From the NCBI GenBank assembly GCA_035697905.1, contig DASSCH010000230.1, positions 6,194-30,193 on the forward strand: 24,000 nt of DNA. The letters run 5' to 3'. The DNA is from Nitrososphaeraceae archaeon. GTDB lineage: Archaea; Thermoproteota; Nitrososphaeria; Nitrososphaerales; Nitrososphaeraceae. Below the pieces are notes generated by a model. The model saw only the letters and a list, made by a program, of their open reading frames with translations, was not told the origin of the DNA and did not search any database. Of the stretch, positions 19,936 to 24,000 are shown piece after piece. The position numbers were made by a program, and so were the translations under genes. The number at the start of each line of letters is the position of its first letter. The stretch's first letter is position 1.

Positions 19936-20541
19936 ATGAGTGGAAAGGAACAAGCAAACTTGCTTTTATTCAACAAATGGGACGCGAGAAAGATAGAAAT
20001 CGGCGATATCGGGCTTCAGAAAGTGATATCGTTAAAGCACTCCGTTATTCCCATCACCTTTGGACGACATGAGCATCAAAGATTGAAAAAATCGGAGGTT
20101 AACATTGTGGAAAGGCTCGCCAACAAGTTGATGCATTTTGGAAAAAGATATGCAAAAAATACTGGCCGGATGGGTGGCAAGAAAGCTAAATCTCTAAACG
20201 TGTTGAAAACAGCCTTTGAGATAATACACTTGGAAACAGGCAAGAATCCGTTAGAGGTATTTGTGAAAGCTGTCGAGAATGCATCTCCTAATGAAGATAC
20301 TACGAGAATCGTTTACGGAGGAGTCGTATATCACGTCTCCGTTGACGTAGCTCCTCTAAGACGCGTTGATCTTGCTCTCAGATTTATAGCTGAGGGGGTT
20401 AGAGAATCAACGTATTCTAACCCACAGGCCATAGAAGAAGCTCTTGCGAGAGAACTTATTTTAGCTTCACAAAATGAAATGACCAGTCATGCTATTAAAA
20501 AGAAGAACGAGCAAGAAAGAGTAGCAATGGCATCGCGATAG
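19936..20541 (+). CDS. rps7: 30S ribosomal protein S7 (uS7)
   Basis: 201 aa. The LLFNKWD start, KKSEVNIVERLANKLMH, NPLEVFVKAVENASP, VDVAPLRRVDLALRFI and AIKKKNE are typical of archaeal S7. Confidence 0.95.
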   Translation: MSGKEQANLLLFNKWDARKIEIGDIGLQKVISLKHSVIPITFGRHEHQRLKKSEVNIVERLANKLMHFGKRYAKNTGRMGGKKAKSLNVLKTAFEIIHLETGKNPLEVFVKAVENASPNEDTTRIVYGGVVYHVSVDVAPLRRVDLALRFIAEGVRESTYSNPQAIEEALARELILASQNEMTSHAIKKKNEQERVAMASR

Positions 20542-20612
20542 CCCGTCCCTCCCCTGTGCAGGAAAACATTGGGCTCCAAGATTACATGTACGATTGAGTG
20601 TTTAGGCTGAAA

Positions 20613-20622
20613 CTTAAATAAC
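20613..20622 (+). promoter_or_regulatory. TATA-like box (CTTAAATAAC) upstream of the 380-aa ORF
   Basis: Centred about 30 nt upstream of the ATG at 20648. Confidence 0.3.
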
Positions 20623-20647
20623 AAGGTTCTAGTGAAAATCAATATAA

Positions 20648-21790
20648 ATGAATGGTAAAGATGAATTCCTATTCAAGAAAAGCACTTTAATGAGTACTGG
20701 GGCAGGACGAGATATAATCAAGCAAGCTCTGTTAAGAGAAAAGGGATACAAACAGTTTAGTAAATACAGCCATGAAACTGAAGAACAATTTCAGGACTTT
20801 ACCAAACGATACTTGTTATCGCTACACAAGCTAATCATTTCTGATCAAAACCCGTCTGGTTCTCTTAGAAAATTCGCAGAAGAAATAGGGTCTTCAGAGA
20901 TGGTTCTTGACGACTCCAAAATACAAGATGTAATGGCGAGAATTTCTCGACCTGAAATTCTTGCAGACAGAGTCGAACGCATCCTAAATTCAAATTTTGT
21001 CTTAATGACTTTCCCAGTTCTAAATGCATTGTTTGATGGGGCAGCTGCATACTTTCAAGAAAGCATTAGTTCTGAGCTTAGAACTACAATAATTGATGGA
21101 CATATTATTGCAATCGATCTCAGCGAACCAATGGACAGAATCATTGACAAAGATGAGGACTTGGATTATCTAGATGATTATAAGCTAATGAATCCGTATA
21201 TACTTGAGGTTGCAAGACAAATGATTTCCGTCGGAGGAGACACCGTACTAGGATCATTTGAAGAAGGCTTTAAGGATGCTAGAGTAGGACAGTACATCGA
21301 CCAGAGACTCAAAGCGAAGCCAGAGTCTATTACAGATGAGAATATGATGGGTTGCTACAAGAAGTATCGAGCTATTATGGGCACAGCAGCTAGAAATATG
21401 GCGCTTGATAGGAAACCACTTGGTGAAATCTATCATTTAGGTATGGCTAAGGCCAGTGAAGCTGTAGGCTGTGGAAACGAGATCCAGGATGCAATCAGGA
21501 ACGGATCTATAAAAATTCCTTCATGGCCATTGTACTATAGTATTATCACTGGGGATGTGCAGAAGGCATTCGAACTTACGATGAGAAAAAGCTCAACCTA
21601 TTTGGAAGAGGCTAGAATCGCTTTGGATATGCTCCCGCATGAATATGGCTTTAGACCGTTCTTAGAGTTTCTTTTCCAGTACGTCAATCATTACAATCAA
21701 TATTGGTTCAATGAATTGAATAAGAGAGACCTCTATGCCTTGTTACAAAAAAACCTAACGTTGAGTGACTTGCATAAAAAAATGACGTGA
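20648..21790 (+). CDS. Hypothetical protein (380 aa), no recognisable family
   Basis: Long uninterrupted ORF with ordinary soluble-protein composition (predicted mostly helical). It has its own TATA-like box and a hairpin after the stop. I could not identify any catalytic or binding motif. Confidence 0.7.
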   Translation: MNGKDEFLFKKSTLMSTGAGRDIIKQALLREKGYKQFSKYSHETEEQFQDFTKRYLLSLHKLIISDQNPSGSLRKFAEEIGSSEMVLDDSKIQDVMARISRPEILADRVERILNSNFVLMTFPVLNALFDGAAAYFQESISSELRTTIIDGHIIAIDLSEPMDRIIDKDEDLDYLDDYKLMNPYILEVARQMISVGGDTVLGSFEEGFKDARVGQYIDQRLKAKPESITDENMMGCYKKYRAIMGTAARNMALDRKPLGEIYHLGMAKASEAVGCGNEIQDAIRNGSIKIPSWPLYYSIITGDVQKAFELTMRKSSTYLEEARIALDMLPHEYGFRPFLEFLFQYVNHYNQYWFNELNKRDLYALLQKNLTLSDLHKKMT

Positions 21791-21793
21791 CAT

Positions 21794-21824
21794 CCTTCTT
21801 ATATTTTTAAGAAGGTTTATTATT
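21794..21824 (+). terminator. Perfect 8-bp hairpin (CCTTCTTA-TATTTT-TAAGAAGG, 21794-21815) followed by TTTATTATT
   Basis: Starts 4 nt after the stop of the 380-aa ORF. Stem plus T-rich tail resembles an intrinsic terminator, and archaeal termination mainly needs the T-tract. The loop/stem also contains CTTATATTTTTA, which could instead be the TATA box for the next ORF (TTG 21832), so the role is ambiguous. Confidence 0.35.
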
Positions 21825-21831
21825 CTAACCA

Positions 21832-22065
21832 TTGTTCTATCTTCAAGCAGAGATGTCTAGCGAGTACGAGAAGACCGTAGTAAAGCTTATCCAAGAAAAA
21901 CTTGACGAGTTAGAATATTTGAAAAAGTCAAAAAATTGGGATAGGACTCGCGTACAGAGATTGGCAGATGAAATAGAAACACTTGAAACTTTATTTGAAA
22001 ATTACAACTTAGGAATGAATTATTTTCGGCGAGCAAGAGGGGGGAGATCAGGACTCAGGGAATGA
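21832..22065 (+). CDS. Hypothetical small protein (77 aa from TTG 21832; 70 aa from ATG 21853), coiled-coil-like with a basic RGG-like tail
   Basis: Heptad-like sequence EYEKTVVKLIQEKLDELEYLKKSK...RLADEIETLETLFENY, then FRRARGGRSGLRE. No family recognised. Coding status is moderately supported by composition only. Confidence 0.45.
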   Translation: MFYLQAEMSSEYEKTVVKLIQEKLDELEYLKKSKNWDRTRVQRLADEIETLETLFENYNLGMNYFRRARGGRSGLRE

Positions 22066-22220
22066 GAATTTCGATTTCTTCAAAGAACTAGTATATTAAA
22101 TATTTTGACCTCTTAAGTATCGGAGATCATGATCATAATGTATTCTTCTTCTAGAACGCTTGACTGGATTCCTTGAGAATCATAATCTTCTTATAAGCGA
22201 ATAAATAATGCTTCGTAATT

Positions 22221-22230
22221 ATTTATATAC
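22221..22230 (+). promoter_or_regulatory. TATA-like box (ATTTATATAC) upstream of pccB
   Basis: Lies only about 19 nt (centre) upstream of ATG 22245 and about 31 nt upstream of the second in-frame ATG at 22257. The true start of a leaderless mRNA may therefore be 22257. Confidence 0.4.
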
Positions 22231-22244
22231 CTAATTCTTGGCAT

Positions 22245-23798
22245 ATGACTCAGGCCATGCACGAGGATAAGATAAAGAAATTATATCAGATCAAGAAGCT
22301 GTCTGAGGAAGGGGGCGGGCCGGAAAGGATCTCCGCTCAACATTCAAAGGGTAAACTAACGGCGAGGGAAAGAATTAGCCTTCTATTAGATGAAGATTCT
22401 TTCGTCGAAATTGACAAGTATGTAATCCATAGGAATGATGATCCTTCGACCAAGGCATATTTTGGAGATGGAGTATTGACTGGATTTGGCACAGTTGATG
22501 GACGAAAGGTGTTTGTGTACGTTTACGACTTTACAGTGCTAGGAGGCTCTCTAGGTGAAATGGCAGGCAAAAAGATAGTAAAGGTAATGGATCATGCCCT
22601 CAAGATGGGTGTCCCTATCATCGGAATCCTGGATTCAGGAGGAGCGAGAATTCAAGAAGGGGTAATGAGTTTAGATGGTTATGGGGATATCTTCTACCGG
22701 AACACCCTTGCATCGGGCGTTATTCCACAGATAACTGCTAGTATAGGTCCTTGTGCAGGTGGCGCTGTTTATTCTCCTGCCATGACTGATTTTATAATTA
22801 TGGTAGAGCACATAGGGCAAATGTTTGTTACAGGTCCTGAGGTAGTCCATGAGGTATTAGGGCAAGAGGTTTCATTTGAGGAGCTGGGAGGTGCAATAAC
22901 ACATGCCAGTAAGTCTGGCGTTGCTCATTTTGTAGCAAAAGATGAGTACGCATGCATTGATACGATAAAAAAACTCCTTTCATATATTCCACAAAATAAT
23001 AGCGAATTTCCACCAATAGTTCAGACAGGAGATGATTCAAATCGGATTGATTCTAACCTTGCATCTATACTACCAGAAAATCCGTATGAACAATATGATA
23101 TGAAGCAGATAGTCAAATCAATTGTTGATGATGGAGATTTCTTTGAGATACACGAACTATTCGCGGAAAACGTTATTGTAGGCTTTGCAAGAATGGGAGG
23201 TAGATCAGTAGGAATCGTGGCCAACCAGCCTCTGTATCTTGCTGGAGCATTGGATATCCATTCTTCCAATAAAGCTGCGAGATTCATTAGATTTTGTGAT
23301 TGCTACAACATTCCAATTGTTACTCTGGTAGATACTCCAGGTTACCTACCTGGAACCGATCAAGAACACAATGGGATAATTCGGCATGGGAGCAAGTTGT
23401 TGTACTCTTACTGCGAGGCATCGGTGCCTAAGATCACATGTATAATAGGAAAAGCGTACGGCGGCGCTTACATCGCCATGGGGAGCAAAAACCTTAAAGC
23501 TGATGTAAACTTTGCATGGCCTACTGCTGAAATTGCAGTTCTTGGACCCGAAGCTGCAATAACTATAATACATCGTCGAGACCTCAAGAAATCTGATGAC
23601 TTGGCAAAGACCAAGAAGGCTCTTGCAAAAGAATACAGAGAAAAGTTCGCCAATCCCTATATCGCAGCAGAGAAGGGAATTATTGATTTGGTAATTGATC
23701 CAATGGAAACCAGACCTATGATTATCCGGGCACTTGATACTTTTTCCACTAAAAGGGAGACACAGCCGTGGAAGAAACATGGGAACATAAATCTATAG
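22245..23798 (+). CDS. pccB: Acetyl-/propionyl-CoA carboxylase, carboxyltransferase subunit
   Basis: 517 aa. GKLTARERISLLLDEDSF, DFTVLGGSLGEMAGKKI, GGARIQEG, and the second CT domain GIVANQP...PIVTLVDTPGYLPG...GIIRHGSKLLYSY...GKAYGGAY. Confidence 0.95.
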   Translation: MTQAMHEDKIKKLYQIKKLSEEGGGPERISAQHSKGKLTARERISLLLDEDSFVEIDKYVIHRNDDPSTKAYFGDGVLTGFGTVDGRKVFVYVYDFTVLGGSLGEMAGKKIVKVMDHALKMGVPIIGILDSGGARIQEGVMSLDGYGDIFYRNTLASGVIPQITASIGPCAGGAVYSPAMTDFIIMVEHIGQMFVTGPEVVHEVLGQEVSFEELGGAITHASKSGVAHFVAKDEYACIDTIKKLLSYIPQNNSEFPPIVQTGDDSNRIDSNLASILPENPYEQYDMKQIVKSIVDDGDFFEIHELFAENVIVGFARMGGRSVGIVANQPLYLAGALDIHSSNKAARFIRFCDCYNIPIVTLVDTPGYLPGTDQEHNGIIRHGSKLLYSYCEASVPKITCIIGKAYGGAYIAMGSKNLKADVNFAWPTAEIAVLGPEAAITIIHRRDLKKSDDLAKTKKALAKEYREKFANPYIAAEKGIIDLVIDPMETRPMIIRALDTFSTKRETQPWKKHGNINL

Positions 23799-23808
23799 AG
23801 GTGGATAA

Positions 23809-24000
23809 ATTACGACCAAAGCAATAAGCAAAATTCTGATTGCGAATAGGGGTGAGATCGCTCTAAGAGTTGTCCGTGCATGTAAAGAACTGGGAATAAG
23901 ATCTGTTGCAGTATTTTCTGACGAAGACACACGCTCAGTACATGTAAAGAGAGCCGACGAAGCGTACAATATCGGACCAGCAGCGGCCACAGAAAGTTAT
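23809..24000 (+). CDS. accC: Biotin carboxylase subunit of acetyl-/propionyl-CoA carboxylase (3' end outside the window; start codon non-canonical or uncertain)
   Basis: Frame 1 reads [56 protein letters not shown], the canonical ATP-grasp biotin carboxylase N-terminus. An in-frame TAA sits at 23806-23808. No ATG/GTG/TTG lies between it and the conserved [14 protein letters not shown] at 23809 sits 5 nt after GAGGTG. Confidence 0.85.
   Translation, partial: MTTKAISKILIANRGEIALRVVRACKELGIRSVAVFSDEDTRSVHVKRADEAYNIGPAAATESY

Noticed and set aside
19573-19953. 126-aa minus-strand ORF covering almost all of rps12
   Set aside because: Classic antisense shadow of a conserved ribosomal protein gene. 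Low-complexity, Pro/Ser/Phe-rich translation.
23346-23780. 144-aa minus-strand ORF (plus the 61-, 70- and 88-aa ones at 22828-23653) inside pccB, and a 65-aa minus ORF at 23793-23990 inside accC
   Set aside because: All are antisense to unambiguous carboxylase coding sequence, with no motifs or promoter signals.

Overview
This window looks like core chromosome from an archaeon, most consistent with an ammonia-oxidising thaumarchaeon (Nitrososphaeria). The evidence is threefold. First, it carries the archaeal transcription/translation cluster rpoH-rpoB-rpoA-rpl30e-nusA-rps12-rps7, with an UNSPLIT rpoA (A' and A'' fused in one 1276-aa ORF). Second, pccB is followed by a biotin carboxylase gene, which together encode the acetyl/propionyl-CoA carboxylase used in the 3-hydroxypropionate/4-hydroxybutyrate cycle. 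Third, the sequence is moderately AT-rich, with TATA-like boxes about 25-33 nt upstream of many start codons. Other recognisable genes are an aspartate kinase 3' end, ATP-dependent PEP carboxykinase, a membrane-anchored J-domain protein, A-type ATPase subunit F, tRNA m1A58 methyltransferase TrmI, QueC and GTP cyclohydrolase I (preQ0/archaeosine precursor steps), a double-SIS sugar isomerase-like protein, TBP and a LarA-like protein. I found no CRISPR array, transposase, integrase or recognisable defence or mobile system, so I do not claim a new multi-gene system. The observations I consider most worth follow-up are: (1) a tRNA-Gln(CUG) gene interrupted by three introns, each with a hand-foldable bulge-helix-bulge motif; (2) a TBP gene split by a single-nt frameshift that falls exactly on a G_GGA_AAA X_XXY_YYZ slippery heptamer inside a G6A4 homopolymer run; (3) a biotin carboxylase ORF with no canonical start codon but a well-spaced Shine-Dalgarno plus AUU; (4) several unusually long non-coding gaps, one inside the otherwise tightly coupled rpo/ribosomal operon that carries three copies of TGCATGA; and (5) a few unassignable proteins (380 aa, 77 aa, and a Zn-ribbon protein with a poly-acidic tail). 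All protein calls rest on motif recognition by eye. No database search was run.
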